Source of the DNA: Myxococcota bacterium
GTDB taxonomy: Bacteria > Myxococcota_A > SURF-8
Direction: 5' to 3'
Assembly (NCBI GenBank): GCA_963674735.2
Contig: CAXXQS010000002.1
Span: 1,376,001-1,440,000 of the forward strand
Length of the DNA stretch: 64,000 nucleotides
Both the position numbers and the translations under genes were made by a program. Every line of letters begins with the position of its first letter. Position 1 is the stretch's first letter. Below are positions 1-9,395 of the stretch, piece after piece. Under the pieces are notes generated by a model. It was not told the origin of the DNA. It was given only the letters and a program-made list of their open reading frames with translations, and did no database searches.

Positions 1-1394
1 GCTTCGGGCCGTTGCGCCAGAACGAAACTCGGCAAGTCTTTTGGATTGTTGCCGATTTTTGTCTGCACGACTACGAGTTGGCCGGGGGAAAAGCGTTTGG
101 CCAAGGCCGTCGGACGCGCGGAAGCGGGTGTGCGGGGCGGCAGCCCCCAGGCAGCGTCGGCGGCGGCGATACGACCGGACCGGTGGCCGGTGGTCAGGTG
201 CAAATCGCCGCTGACGGGGTCCACGGCCTCGATCAAAGCGAAATAGAGCCCTTCGGGCTTGATGCGACGAACCAGGGTGTGCCAGAGAGGCGTTCGGCCG
301 TCTTTGAGTGGATGGGGCGGTGTTTCAGCGCTCATGGCCAAGGCAGGGGCGTCAGTCGCCCCCCTTTTCTTTGCGGTGCTGCTGACAATACCAATCAGCG
401 TCTCGCGCTCCTCCGTGGTGAGGATCGGCAAAGGGCGGTAACCGTGGCGGCGGTCGTAGGCGAGCAGATTCCTCCGTAGCGCTTGGCCCGCAGCGGTCTG
501 CATGGAGGGATCCAGGGTGGTTACGATGTTCAGTCCGCCTTTTGCGAGGATGGCCTCACCGAGCCGCTCTTGAAGAAAACGGCGTACAGTTTCAACTACA
601 TATGGGGCCGGGACGACGTCTTGCGGCGGCGTGTAGACCAGCGGGGCGGCGTCGAAACGGCGATATTCCGCTTCGCTGATGTAATTCAATTCGAATAGGC
701 GTCGTAAAACGTAACGTTGGCGTTCCTTGGCGCGTTCGGGATGGCGGTTGAGGGCCAGACGATTTTGCGCCTGGATCATACCGGCCAGATAGGCAATCTG
801 CCCGACGTTCAGACCCTTCACGTTTGTGCCGAAATAAAAACGCGCCGCCTCGGCCACTCCGAAACAGCGATTGCCGAAGGGGATGGTGTTGACGTAAAGG
901 GCGAGGATTTCACGCTTACTGAGCTGCTGTTCCAATCGATAGGCGAGAATGGCTTCCTTGATCTTGCGGTGAAAGGTTTTCTCGTTGCTCAGAAAGAGAT
1001 TTTTGGCGAGTTGCTGGGTGATGGTGGAACCGCCGCCACGGATGCGCAGAGAAAGAAAATTGCGCAGGACCGCCCGCATGATCCCGATAAAATCAAGCCC
1101 TTCATGTTGGTAGAAGGTGGAATCTTCGGCGGCCACGAAGGCGTTGAGCAACAATTCCGGGATGGATTCGGAGGGTAGTAAGCTGCGGCGTTCCTCGCCG
1201 ATTTCGCCGATGACAGTGCCGTCTTTTGCATAAACCCTTGAAATCTGTTGTGCCTGGTAACTCTCCACGTTACGGATTTCGGGCAAATCCCGGCTGTAGT
1301 AGCTGAAAAGCCCCACCATGCCGAGGCTGGCGGCCAGCCCCCCGGCCAGCACTAAAATCAGAAATCCTCGCAGGATCTTTTCGAAGGTCGCCAA
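1..1394 (-). CDS. mrcA: Class A penicillin-binding protein (PBP1A family), 3'-partial, runs off the left edge
   Basis: Not in the ORF track. Manual translation from TTG at 1394 (GGAGGAG upstream): MATFEKILRGFLILVLAGGLAASLGMVGLFSYYSRDLP, then GT51 motifs AAEDSTFYQHEGLD, GGSTITQQLAKNLFL, RKIKEAILA, EILALYVNTIPFG, and GLNIVTTLDPSMQ. Confidence 0.93.
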   Translation of the reverse strand, partial: MATFEKILRGFLILVLAGGLAASLGMVGLFSYYSRDLPEIRNVESYQAQQISRVYAKDGTVIGEIGEERRSLLPSESIPELLLNAFVAAEDSTFYQHEGLDFIGIMRAVLRNFLSLRIRGGGSTITQQLAKNLFLSNEKTFHRKIKEAILAYRLEQQLSKREILALYVNTIPFGNRCFGVAEAARFYFGTNVKGLNVGQIAYLAGMIQAQNRLALNRHPERAKERQRYVLRRLFELNYISEAEYRRFDAAPLVYTPPQDVVPAPYVVETVRRFLQERLGEAILAKGGLNIVTTLDPSMQTAAGQALRRNLLAYDRRHGYRPLPILTTEERETLIGIVSSTAKKRGATDAPALAMSAETPPHPLKDGRTPLWHTLVRRIKPEGLYFALIEAVDPVSGDLHLTTGHRSGRIAAADAAWGLPPRTPASARPTALAKRFSPGQLVVVQTKIGNNPKDLPSFVLAQRPE

Positions 1395-1487
1395 CGATCT
1401 CCTCCCGACCGAACTCTAACAGAATTTCCAACAGCTTGGCAAGCTCAATGGCAGTCCGAATTGTGTTGATCCCGTGGCGGATTTCTC

Positions 1488-3257
1488 TTGTGGGGCTCTC
1501 GCGGCGGGTGTTACACTCGCGATCATCGAAACAGGAGGTACATAACGGGACGGAAAGCGCGTCAGAAACGGGAACGACGGCAGAACGAACTGGCGGCAAA
1601 ACCGCCGCAGCTAATCGAAAATGCCGAGTTATCCCACTTTGTTACAGGAGAATGGGGCCGTTGGTCGGCGTTGGTTTACCTGCTTCCCGCCGCGCTCTTT
1701 TTGTTGTTCAAGGCCTACAGTGCCGCTCCCGCTTCCGGCGACGAGAATATTTACCTCTATGTCGGGCGTCGAGTCGCCCAGGGGGTTGTTCCGTATCGGG
1801 AAATCCGTCTGGCGCATCCGCCGGGCCATTTATTTGCCGCTTTGTTATGGATGCTGCCGGGGTATTTTTCTCCGGTTTGGGCCAAACTGGCGGCGATCGT
1901 TCCGGCGCTTGTGACTCTGGGATTGTTTCTGGCGTTGTTGCGCCGTGCGGCGATGGCTTGGCCGGTGGCGTTGGTAACCGGCTTGCTGCTTGCGCTGAGT
2001 CAGGATTTTCTCGGTGTTTCCAGCCATTTTACCGGGGCCAACTGGGCCAATCTGTGGTTATTGGCGGCGCTTGTCGCCCTTCAACGCGGTCGAGCGGCCA
2101 GCGCCGGAACTTTTTTGGCTCTGGCGGGTTTGACGGCTTTCCATATCTTGCCCGCTCTCATCGGTGTGGCTGTGGCTGTCCCGCTCTTTCGGCAAAATGT
2201 CCCATGGCGGCATGGCTGGCGGACGGCGGTGGTGTTTGTCGGACTGACGTTGGGGGTTCATCTTGTCTGTTTGATCGCCTTCGGATCGGCTTACTGGGAT
2301 CAGGTGTTCGGATTCCATCTGGCTAAAACACCTATGAGCGCCGGGGGACGCGCCGCGACGCTGCGGTTTTTCTTCAATGAATACGTGTTGGCCGCCCCGG
2401 CTTTGCTGGGTGTGTTGTTCTGGAGCTGGCGACGCTGGCGGAAATCGGCCTGTCTGACCGAAAACCAAGCTGTTTTCGGCGTATTGGGTGTTGCTGCCGT
2501 TTTTCAGTTGCTGGGTGTGCTGGTCGTTCAGCGCGTGTTTACATATTACCTGGCGCCGCTTGTGCCGCTTTTGGCCGGACTGACGGCCTTTGCCCTGGCC
2601 GAAGGACTCGGCTTCGTATGCGCATGGTGGGAGGCGCGTAAAGCGTCTCAGCCGCAGCGTAAGATCCTGATTGTCCTGTTGATTTCACTGACCGTTTTGG
2701 CCGGGTTGATGGTGGGTGGAGAGCAGCTGGAACGAAGCTTGGGTTATTACCAGCGTCAGCTCAACCAAATCAGCACTTACACCTGGAAAGACAGCCCGGT
2801 GCTGCCGAGATCGCTCAATCGGGCGGTCAAGGCTTTGGTGTTCGATGAAAAACGGCGCGTGGGCGATTTTCACGGTGGGTTGAAACGCTATTTGTGGCAT
2901 GAACTGGCGACCGAAAATCCCGCAGGCCTGCTGCCCGAATTCGAGGCGCGCGCCGATACACCCGGCACGCTGTTCGGCGATGCTTCCACAACACCGTTTT
3001 TTGCGTTGATGACCGGCCGGACCATCGCGCTGGAATTGGCCGACACCAACGCCCAGTGGTTCAAGTCGGGAGTTCTCGATGTCGGGCGTGTGCTGGACGA
3101 CTTGAAGCCGGCTCCGCCTGCCTTTTTAATTCTGGATACCCATCGCGGGATCGGGACGCATCCGGCCATGCGCGGCTTTGCACGGGATTATTATCGCCGG
3201 GTCGCCGTGGTCCGCCCATCCAAGAAGGGGCAACTGTTGCTTTACGAGCGGCGCTGA
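1488..3257 (+). CDS. Polytopic membrane glycosyltransferase, GT-C fold (ArnT/PMT-like); true start uncertain, possibly 1545
   Basis: About 10-12 hydrophobic segments. First loop SGDENIYLYVGRRVAQGVVPYREIRLAHPPG matches the GT-C DE...GxxPYR...PP pattern. Soluble C-terminal domain. Confidence 0.7.
   Translation: MWGSRGGCYTRDHRNRRYITGRKARQKRERRQNELAAKPPQLIENAELSHFVTGEWGRWSALVYLLPAALFLLFKAYSAAPASGDENIYLYVGRRVAQGVVPYREIRLAHPPGHLFAALLWMLPGYFSPVWAKLAAIVPALVTLGLFLALLRRAAMAWPVALVTGLLLALSQDFLGVSSHFTGANWANLWLLAALVALQRGRAASAGTFLALAGLTAFHILPALIGVAVAVPLFRQNVPWRHGWRTAVVFVGLTLGVHLVCLIAFGSAYWDQVFGFHLAKTPMSAGGRAATLRFFFNEYVLAAPALLGVLFWSWRRWRKSACLTENQAVFGVLGVAAVFQLLGVLVVQRVFTYYLAPLVPLLAGLTAFALAEGLGFVCAWWEARKASQPQRKILIVLLISLTVLAGLMVGGEQLERSLGYYQRQLNQISTYTWKDSPVLPRSLNRAVKALVFDEKRRVGDFHGGLKRYLWHELATENPAGLLPEFEARADTPGTLFGDASTTPFFALMTGRTIALELADTNAQWFKSGVLDVGRVLDDLKPAPPAFLILDTHRGIGTHPAMRGFARDYYRRVAVVRPSKKGQLLLYERR
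1509..1517 (+). promoter_or_regulatory. Possible sigma70 extended -10 (TG-T-TACACT) for the GT-C gene
   Basis: TGTTACACT lies 16 nt upstream of a perfect AGGAGGT SD at 1533-1539. Confidence 0.35.
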
Positions 3258-3287
3258 CCGTTGAATCGTGCAGGACTTTGTAATTTC

Positions 3288-3316
3288 TTGTAAATTAAGG
3301 GATGATCTGATAAAAT
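3288..3316 (+). promoter_or_regulatory. Putative sigma70 promoter for pilB
   Basis: TTGTAA (3288-3293), 17-bp spacer, TAAAAT (3311-3316) with upstream TG, in an AT-rich intergenic region. Confidence 0.5.
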
Positions 3317-3397
3317 CGTATAATTCAGGTGCGTGGGGAAACTCCACACCTAGCAAGCACATACATCGAATACGATCGAGACAGGTGAGGTGTACAT

Positions 3398-5101
3398 ATG
3401 GGCAACCGGCTTGGACAGTTGCTGGTTCGGGAAAATGTCATTACGCTGGCGCAACTGAAGAAGGCGCAGGATCTGCAGTCGAAAGAAGGTGGCCGTTTAG
3501 GGTATAACCTGACTCGTCTCGGTTACCTGGCCGAGAGTGATCTCACCGATTTCCTCAGTAAGCAGTACGGCGTTCCCTCCATCAATCTGGGTGATTTCGA
3601 TATCGATCCCCAGGTCATCCGCCTCATCCCGCGCGACGTGGCCGAAAAGCACCAGGTCATCGCGGTCAGCCGGGCGGGTTCCTCCCTGATCGTCGCCATG
3701 GCGGATCCGTCCAATATTTTCGCCATCGACGACATCAAGTTTCTTACCGGGTACAACGTCGAAGTGGTGGTGTCGTCCGAGACGGCGATCAAAGAAGCCA
3801 TCGAGATGTATTACACCATGGAGGAGCATGAGGAATACGAAAACCTCATGGACGACTTCGAGGATGACGATATTGAGGTCGGCTTCGATGAAGAGGAAGA
3901 CGCCAACGTTGTTGTTTTGGAAAGCCAGGCCGAAGAAGCGCCGGTTATCAAGCTCGTCAATCTAATGCTCATCGACGCGATCAAAAAGCACGCGTCCGAT
4001 ATCCACGTCGAAATCTACGAAAAGTTTTTCCGCGTGCGCTATCGCATCGATGGTGTCTTGTATGAAGTAATGAAACCGCCCATGAAGCTTAAAAACGCCA
4101 TTGTGTCGCGTTTGAAGATCATGAGCGAACTCGACATTGCCGAGCGCCGTCTGCCGCAGGATGGCCGCATGAAACTCAAGTTGGGCAAGGGCCGCGAGAT
4201 GGACTTCCGCGTGTCGGTTCTGCCGACGCTGTTCGGTGAAAAAGTCGTTCTCCGCCTGCTCGATAAAGACAATCTGCAGCTTGACATGACCAAACTGGGT
4301 TTCGATCCCGAGCCGCTGGCCGACTTCCGCGATTCGATTCACCGACCGTGGGGCATGATTCTGGTTACCGGCCCGACGGGTTCCGGTAAAACCACCACGT
4401 TGTATTCGGCCATGACCGAGCTCAACACTTCCGAGGTGAATATCTGTACCGCCGAGGACCCGGTCGAATTCCAGCTCAAGGGCATCAACCAGGTGCATAT
4501 GCACGAAGATATCGGGCTCAACTTCGCTTCGAGTCTGCGTTCGTTCTTGCGGCAGGATCCCGACATCATCATGGTCGGTGAGATCCGCGACTTCGAAACG
4601 GCGGAAATCGCCATCAAAGCCGCGTTGACCGGCCATGTGGTGCTTTCGACCTTGCATACCAACGACGCGCCGTCCACCATTTCGCGTTTGCTCAACATGG
4701 GTGTCGAGCCCTTCCTGGTGGTCGCGTCCGTTGTTTGCGTTATGGCCCAGCGTCTGTGCCGCAAAGTTTGTCCCGATTGTCGTGAGCCGATCGAGATTTC
4801 ACCCGCGACGCTCATCGATGCCGGGATGGATCCGGAACGCGCCGAAGCCTGCGAACCGGTCAAAGGCCGTGGTTGCAAGACCTGCTCGAACACCGGTTTC
4901 AAGGGTCGTATCGCGGTCTACGAGGTCATGCCCTTCAAGGATGAGTTGAAAGACTTCGTGCTCAACGGCGCTTCCGCCGTCGAACTCAAACGTGAATCGA
5001 TGCGCCTGGGTATGCAAACCCTGCGTCAGTCGGCGTTGTATAAACTCGAGAACCAGGTAACGTCGTTTGAGGAAGTGTTGCGTAATACGTCGCCCGATTA
5101 A
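3398..5101 (+). CDS. pilB: Type IV pilus assembly ATPase PilB with N-terminal MshEN-type domain
   Basis: Tandem RLGxxL motifs at the N-terminus, ASDIHVE, Walker A GPTGSGKT, AEDPVE, LRQDPDIIMVGEIRD, TGHVVLSTLHTND, Zn motifs CPDC and CKTC. Confidence 0.97.
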   Translation: MGNRLGQLLVRENVITLAQLKKAQDLQSKEGGRLGYNLTRLGYLAESDLTDFLSKQYGVPSINLGDFDIDPQVIRLIPRDVAEKHQVIAVSRAGSSLIVAMADPSNIFAIDDIKFLTGYNVEVVVSSETAIKEAIEMYYTMEEHEEYENLMDDFEDDDIEVGFDEEEDANVVVLESQAEEAPVIKLVNLMLIDAIKKHASDIHVEIYEKFFRVRYRIDGVLYEVMKPPMKLKNAIVSRLKIMSELDIAERRLPQDGRMKLKLGKGREMDFRVSVLPTLFGEKVVLRLLDKDNLQLDMTKLGFDPEPLADFRDSIHRPWGMILVTGPTGSGKTTTLYSAMTELNTSEVNICTAEDPVEFQLKGINQVHMHEDIGLNFASSLRSFLRQDPDIIMVGEIRDFETAEIAIKAALTGHVVLSTLHTNDAPSTISRLLNMGVEPFLVVASVVCVMAQRLCRKVCPDCREPIEISPATLIDAGMDPERAEACEPVKGRGCKTCSNTGFKGRIAVYEVMPFKDELKDFVLNGASAVELKRESMRLGMQTLRQSALYKLENQVTSFEEVLRNTSPD

Positions 5102-5151
5102 GATATCGCCGGACGGCTCTTTCGCGCCCTTCCTGAAGCATTGAGGGGAGT

Positions 5152-6240
5152 ATGGTCAGTTTACATCAATTGCTGAAAACCATGATCGAGCGGGGTGCGA
5201 GCGATTTGCACATTACGACCGGCTCGCCTCCTCAACTGCGTATCGATGGCCGATTGGCCCCGGTGAAAACCGCGCCGTTGACGCCTGCGGAAACCAAGCA
5301 GCTTTGCTACTCGATCCTGACCGAGGCGCAGAAGGCCAAGTTCGAAGGAAATAACGAACTGGACCTTTCGTTCGGGGTGAAGGGGCTTTCCCGTTTCCGC
5401 GCAAATGTCTTCATGCAGCGCGGAGCGGTGGCCGGGACGTTCCGTTCGATCCCGTTCAAGATCATGTCGATCCAGGAGTTAGGCTTGCCTCCGGTCGTTG
5501 CCGAACTGGCGCGCAAGAAGCAGGGGCTGGTTTTGGTGACAGGCCCAACCGGCTCGGGTAAGACCACCACCTTGGCGTCTCTCATCGATATGATCAACAC
5601 GGAACGCAACGCGCATATCATCACGGTCGAAGACCCGATCGAATATCTGCACCCGCACAAAAACTGCTTGGTCAACCAGCGGGAAGTGGGCTCGGATACG
5701 ACGAATTTCGCCGATGCGTTGCGTTACATCCTGCGGCAGGATCCCGATGTGGTTCTCATCGGTGAAATTCGCGATCTGGAGACCGTGGAAGCCACCTTGG
5801 GGATCGCCGAAACGGGCCACTTGGTTTTCGCCACCCTGCACACCAATTCGGCCGTGCAAACCATTACCCGTATCGTGGACATGTTTCCCCCGCATCAGCA
5901 GGATCAGGTGCGCGCCCAGCTCAGCTTCGTACTGACGGGTGTGATGACGCAGTCGCTCATTCCACGTTCGTCGGGTGTTGGTCGTGTTTTGGCTCTGGAA
6001 GTGCTGGTGCCCAATCCCGCTATTCGCAGCTTGATCCGTGAGGACAAACTTCATCAGGTATATGGCCAGATGCAGGTGGGACAGGAACGTTTTTCCATGC
6101 AGACTATGAATCAGGCTCTGTATAAACTATACAAGCAAAGGGCGATTACGCTCGACGATGCCATGGCGTATTCGCGGGATGTGGACGAACTGAAAAATCT
6201 GATCGCGGGTAGAGCCGAAGGCATACAGGCGCGGCGCTGA
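5152..6240 (+). CDS. pilT: Type IV pilus retraction ATPase PilT
   Basis: GASDLHI, GPTGSGKTTT, EDPIE, LRQDPDV, AETGHLVFATLHT, AIRSLIRE (AIRNLIRE motif), MQTMNQ. Confidence 0.97.
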   Translation: MVSLHQLLKTMIERGASDLHITTGSPPQLRIDGRLAPVKTAPLTPAETKQLCYSILTEAQKAKFEGNNELDLSFGVKGLSRFRANVFMQRGAVAGTFRSIPFKIMSIQELGLPPVVAELARKKQGLVLVTGPTGSGKTTTLASLIDMINTERNAHIITVEDPIEYLHPHKNCLVNQREVGSDTTNFADALRYILRQDPDVVLIGEIRDLETVEATLGIAETGHLVFATLHTNSAVQTITRIVDMFPPHQQDQVRAQLSFVLTGVMTQSLIPRSSGVGRVLALEVLVPNPAIRSLIREDKLHQVYGQMQVGQERFSMQTMNQALYKLYKQRAITLDDAMAYSRDVDELKNLIAGRAEGIQARR

Positions 6241-6273
6241 CTCTGACCCCGGGCCGCTTAAAAGGAGGACTCG

Positions 6274-7494
6274 ATGCCCTACTTCAAATGGGAAGGCAAA
6301 ACCCGCAACGGCGAGGTTAAAAAAGGGAGCATGCAGGCCGCAGATGAGCAGGCCGTTATTCTGCGCTTGAAACAGCAGCAGATCATCCCTTCGACGGTTA
6401 AGAAGTCCATGGGTAACATCGAAATCCGGATTCCCGGGATGGAGCCCAAGCTACAGCCGAAATCGCTGGTTATCTTCACCCGCCAGTTCGCCACGATGAT
6501 CGATGCCGGTCTTCCGTTGGTGCAGGGGCTCGATATTCTGGCCGCCCAGAACGACGATCCGGTGATGCAGAAAGTTCTCTATCAGGTGAAATCCGATGTC
6601 GAGTCGGGTTCGACCTTCGCTTCCGCTCTGGAAAAGCATAAGAAGATCTTCGACGATCTCTATGTCTCACTGGTGTCTGCCGGTGAGCTGGGTGGTATTC
6701 TCGATACGATTCTCGATCGTCTGGCGGCCTATATCGAGAAATCCAGCGCGTTGAAGAAACGTGTGAAATCCGCTTTGACCTACCCGATCGTCATTCTAGT
6801 CGTCACCTTCATCGTCGTCGGCGTCCTGATGGTCTACGTTATCCCTGCCTTCGCTCAAATGTTCAAGAGTTTAGGCGGTGGCGATTTGCCGGGTCCGACC
6901 CAGTTGGTGATGGCCGCATCCGATTTCGTGGTTGATGGACTCCACTTCATTATTGGCACTATCGTTGGCGTTATCGTTTTGTGGCGCACTTTGATGAAGA
7001 CGAAAAAGACACGCTACGTGCTCGATACGATTTTTCTGAAGATGCCGGTTATCGGCGACCTGATTCGTAAAACGGCCGTGGCGCGTTTCACCCGAACCCT
7101 GAGCACCATGATCTCTTCGGGTATTCCCATTCTACAAGCTCTTGAAGTTGTTGAGAAAACCGCCGGAAACATGGTGATCGAGGCGGCGATCATTCAGACC
7201 AAGGCCAAGATTACCGAAGGTAAATCGATGGCGGAACCACTCATGGCGACCGGTGTGTTTCCTCCCATGGTGGTGCAGATGATCGCGGTTGGTGAATCCA
7301 CCGGTGCTTTGGATGCCATGTTGGGGAAAATCGCTGATTTCTACGAGGAAGAAGTCGATACCGCGGTCGATGGCTTGACGGCGATGATCGAGCCGATCAT
7401 GATGGTTTTTCTGGGTGGTATCATCGGCTTCGTTCTGGTCGCCATGTATCTGCCGATCTTTACGATGGCCGGCGGTCAGGGCGGCGGTCACTAA
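6274..7494 (+). CDS. pilC: Type IV pilus inner-membrane platform protein PilC (GspF family)
   Basis: FTRQFATMIDAGLPL, AGELGGILD, ALTYP, GESTGALDAML, AMYLPIF; AAAGGAGG RBS. Confidence 0.96.
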   Translation: MPYFKWEGKTRNGEVKKGSMQAADEQAVILRLKQQQIIPSTVKKSMGNIEIRIPGMEPKLQPKSLVIFTRQFATMIDAGLPLVQGLDILAAQNDDPVMQKVLYQVKSDVESGSTFASALEKHKKIFDDLYVSLVSAGELGGILDTILDRLAAYIEKSSALKKRVKSALTYPIVILVVTFIVVGVLMVYVIPAFAQMFKSLGGGDLPGPTQLVMAASDFVVDGLHFIIGTIVGVIVLWRTLMKTKKTRYVLDTIFLKMPVIGDLIRKTAVARFTRTLSTMISSGIPILQALEVVEKTAGNMVIEAAIIQTKAKITEGKSMAEPLMATGVFPPMVVQMIAVGESTGALDAMLGKIADFYEEEVDTAVDGLTAMIEPIMMVFLGGIIGFVLVAMYLPIFTMAGGQGGGH

Positions 7495-7515
7495 CGAGAA
7501 GGCCGTCGACGATTT

Positions 7516-7531
7516 TGGCACGGGATACGCA
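7516..7531 (+). promoter_or_regulatory. Putative sigma54 (-24/-12) promoter upstream of the pilin gene
   Basis: TGGCACG-GGAT-ACGCA with GG (7517-18)-N10-GC (7529-30) spacing; imperfect at the TT of the -12 element. Confidence 0.55.
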
Positions 7532-7594
7532 TGATTGAAAGCGGAGAATTGCGAGTAGGCTGCCGTTTGTCGGTGGTGTCGAAGGGAGGAACGC

Positions 7595-8041
7595 ATGTTT
7601 AAGCGCCACAAAGGGTTTACGCTGATCGAGATCATGATCGTGGCGGCGATCGTGGCTATTTTGGCGTCTGTCGCTTATCCCGTCTACACCAATCGCGTAG
7701 CCAAGAGCCGTCAAGTCGTGGCCAAGGCGGCTCTGGAGGCGGCGCGGCTTGCGATGGAGAATTACCGAGCGAAAACGGGATATTACATGCCGATCAACAA
7801 CGAGCTGACTCAGCTTCCCGGATATGACCCGGGGATCTGGAAAACCTCCGATCAGCGTGCCATTTACGAGTTGACCATCACGCAACCCACCACCAATCGC
7901 AACAGCAATTACTTTCTGGTCACGGCTGTTTGCGACCCGGATGGCACCCCGCCGTGCAATATCGACAGCGATCCGGCCGTGGATGAATGGACCATCGATT
8001 CAACGGGAACGATGCGAAATATTCAGAATGATGTCGATTAA
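7595..8041 (+). CDS. pilA: Type IVa pilin (PilA-like; PilE-like not excluded)
   Basis: Class III signal KG|FTLIEIMIV with E5. The C-terminal NIDSDPAVDEWTI...NDV resembles deltaproteobacterial pilins. Follows pilC. Confidence 0.7.
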   Translation: MFKRHKGFTLIEIMIVAAIVAILASVAYPVYTNRVAKSRQVVAKAALEAARLAMENYRAKTGYYMPINNELTQLPGYDPGIWKTSDQRAIYELTITQPTTNRNSNYFLVTAVCDPDGTPPCNIDSDPAVDEWTIDSTGTMRNIQNDVD

Positions 8042-8261
8042 AGCGCGGGTGGCCGGCTCGATTTCATCACCTTTTTGCGGATCCTATGCAATCATTGCGT
8101 AATTCCATTATAATGGGCGTGCATATTCGGCTCTCGGGTGTTTCCGGTCGCTAAACGGCTGGTTGGCTAACACACCTAAGTACCTGCTTTCTATTGGAAT
8201 CTTCCATTCCTCGCATTGTCTTATGAACCCCGAAACATTCCTTCCTTTTTCCCTAAAACGT

Positions 8262-8270
8262 TGGTATAAT
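8262..8270 (+). promoter_or_regulatory. Extended -10 sigma70 promoter for the minor pilin/pilY1 operon
   Basis: TGGTATAAT (TGnTATAAT) in a 280-bp AT-rich intergenic region, about 55 nt before fimU. Confidence 0.55.
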
Positions 8271-8323
8271 ACTTGCTTAGTTAAATCATGGGCGTGTAAT
8301 GTGCGCGCTCCAGAGGAGAAACG

Positions 8324-8851
8324 ATGGCGCACGAAACGAAACAAGCCAGGGGATTTACGTTGCTTGAGGTCATGATTGTCGCGGCGATCGTGGCTGTTAC
8401 GGCCTCGGTCTCGCTGGCATTCTTTGGGTCGCGGCCTGCACGGGTCTACACCGACACGGCCGCCAAGCAGTTTTACACGATGCTCCAAGATGCTCGTGGC
8501 GAAGCCATTCGTAGCTCGCGCAACGTGATCGTTCAGGCCAACGGTCTTCGCTACATTTCCGTTTGGCGGGATGAGAGCGGAGACGGGACGGTCAACGAGT
8601 CTCGGGAGTTCATGCGCGGCGAACTCAAGTTGACCGGCGAAGTGCTGATGTCGGAAGAGTTCACGTCGGTTTTCTACAATCATCGTGGTTATCTGACCGA
8701 GTTGAACGGGAGTCCGGCCAACCGCACCGTGATCTTCTGTGTGGCCGATCCCAACGACGGCAACAGGTGCTTGGCTGAGGGACGGACGGCAACCATCGAA
8801 ATCAGTGCATTGGGCTTGCCCAGTTTGCAATATGGCGTGTTTTCGGAGTGA
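8324..8851 (+). CDS. fimU: Minor pilin FimU/FimT (GspH-like)
   Basis: RG|FTLLEVMIV, LQDARGEAIRSSRNV, VFYNHRG, IEISALGLP; first gene of the minor pilin cluster. Confidence 0.85.
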   Translation: MAHETKQARGFTLLEVMIVAAIVAVTASVSLAFFGSRPARVYTDTAAKQFYTMLQDARGEAIRSSRNVIVQANGLRYISVWRDESGDGTVNESREFMRGELKLTGEVLMSEEFTSVFYNHRGYLTELNGSPANRTVIFCVADPNDGNRCLAEGRTATIEISALGLPSLQYGVFSE

Positions 8852-8859
8852 GGCGCTTA

Positions 8860-9387
8860 ATGAAAAGACTGACAGCCAATAGTTCCGAGGGAGGCTTCAC
8901 CATATTCGAGGTTTTGGTGAGTGTCGTTTTGCTGGGTATCGGCGTTGTGGCGTTGGCTTCCCTGCAGATCATCGGCATGCGCGGCAATGTCGCCGCTGAA
9001 GACCGCACCAAGGCGATGTCGGTGGCGACGGCCAAGCTGAGTGAAATCTCGAGTTATACGTTTTTTCAAAATATGAACACCGGCGAAGTAGTTGCCGATG
9101 CGCGGCTGACGGCTGCGGGGCGCATTTGCCAGGAAGTCAATCAGAGTTGCCTGACGCGCGAGGAAATCCGAACCCGTGCCGGCCTGGCTGAAGGTGCGGC
9201 GTTGGATGACGAGCAGTTTCGCTACACGCTCTGCTGGACCATCACCGACCAAGGTGATCTTACCCAGCCGGGATCGTTTAAGCAGATTACCATCGATGTT
9301 TCCTGGTCAGACCGGGCGTCGAAGGGCGGTGATGATGTCGTGTCGATCAGTTTGACCGGCTTGCCGTTAACCGCGAAATACATGTAG
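8860..9387 (+). CDS. pilV: Minor pilin PilV
   Basis: GG|FTIFEVLVSVVLLGIGVVALASLQ and KQITIDVSW. ATG 8860 has a GAGG RBS; GTG 8848 is an alternative start. Confidence 0.88.
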   Translation: MKRLTANSSEGGFTIFEVLVSVVLLGIGVVALASLQIIGMRGNVAAEDRTKAMSVATAKLSEISSYTFFQNMNTGEVVADARLTAAGRICQEVNQSCLTREEIRTRAGLAEGAALDDEQFRYTLCWTITDQGDLTQPGSFKQITIDVSWSDRASKGGDDVVSISLTGLPLTAKYM

Positions 9388-9395
9388 GGGGATGC

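Noticed and set aside
12-1178. Plus-strand ORFs 12-479, 483-698 and 717-1178
   Set aside because: Shadows of the PBP1A gene on the minus strand.
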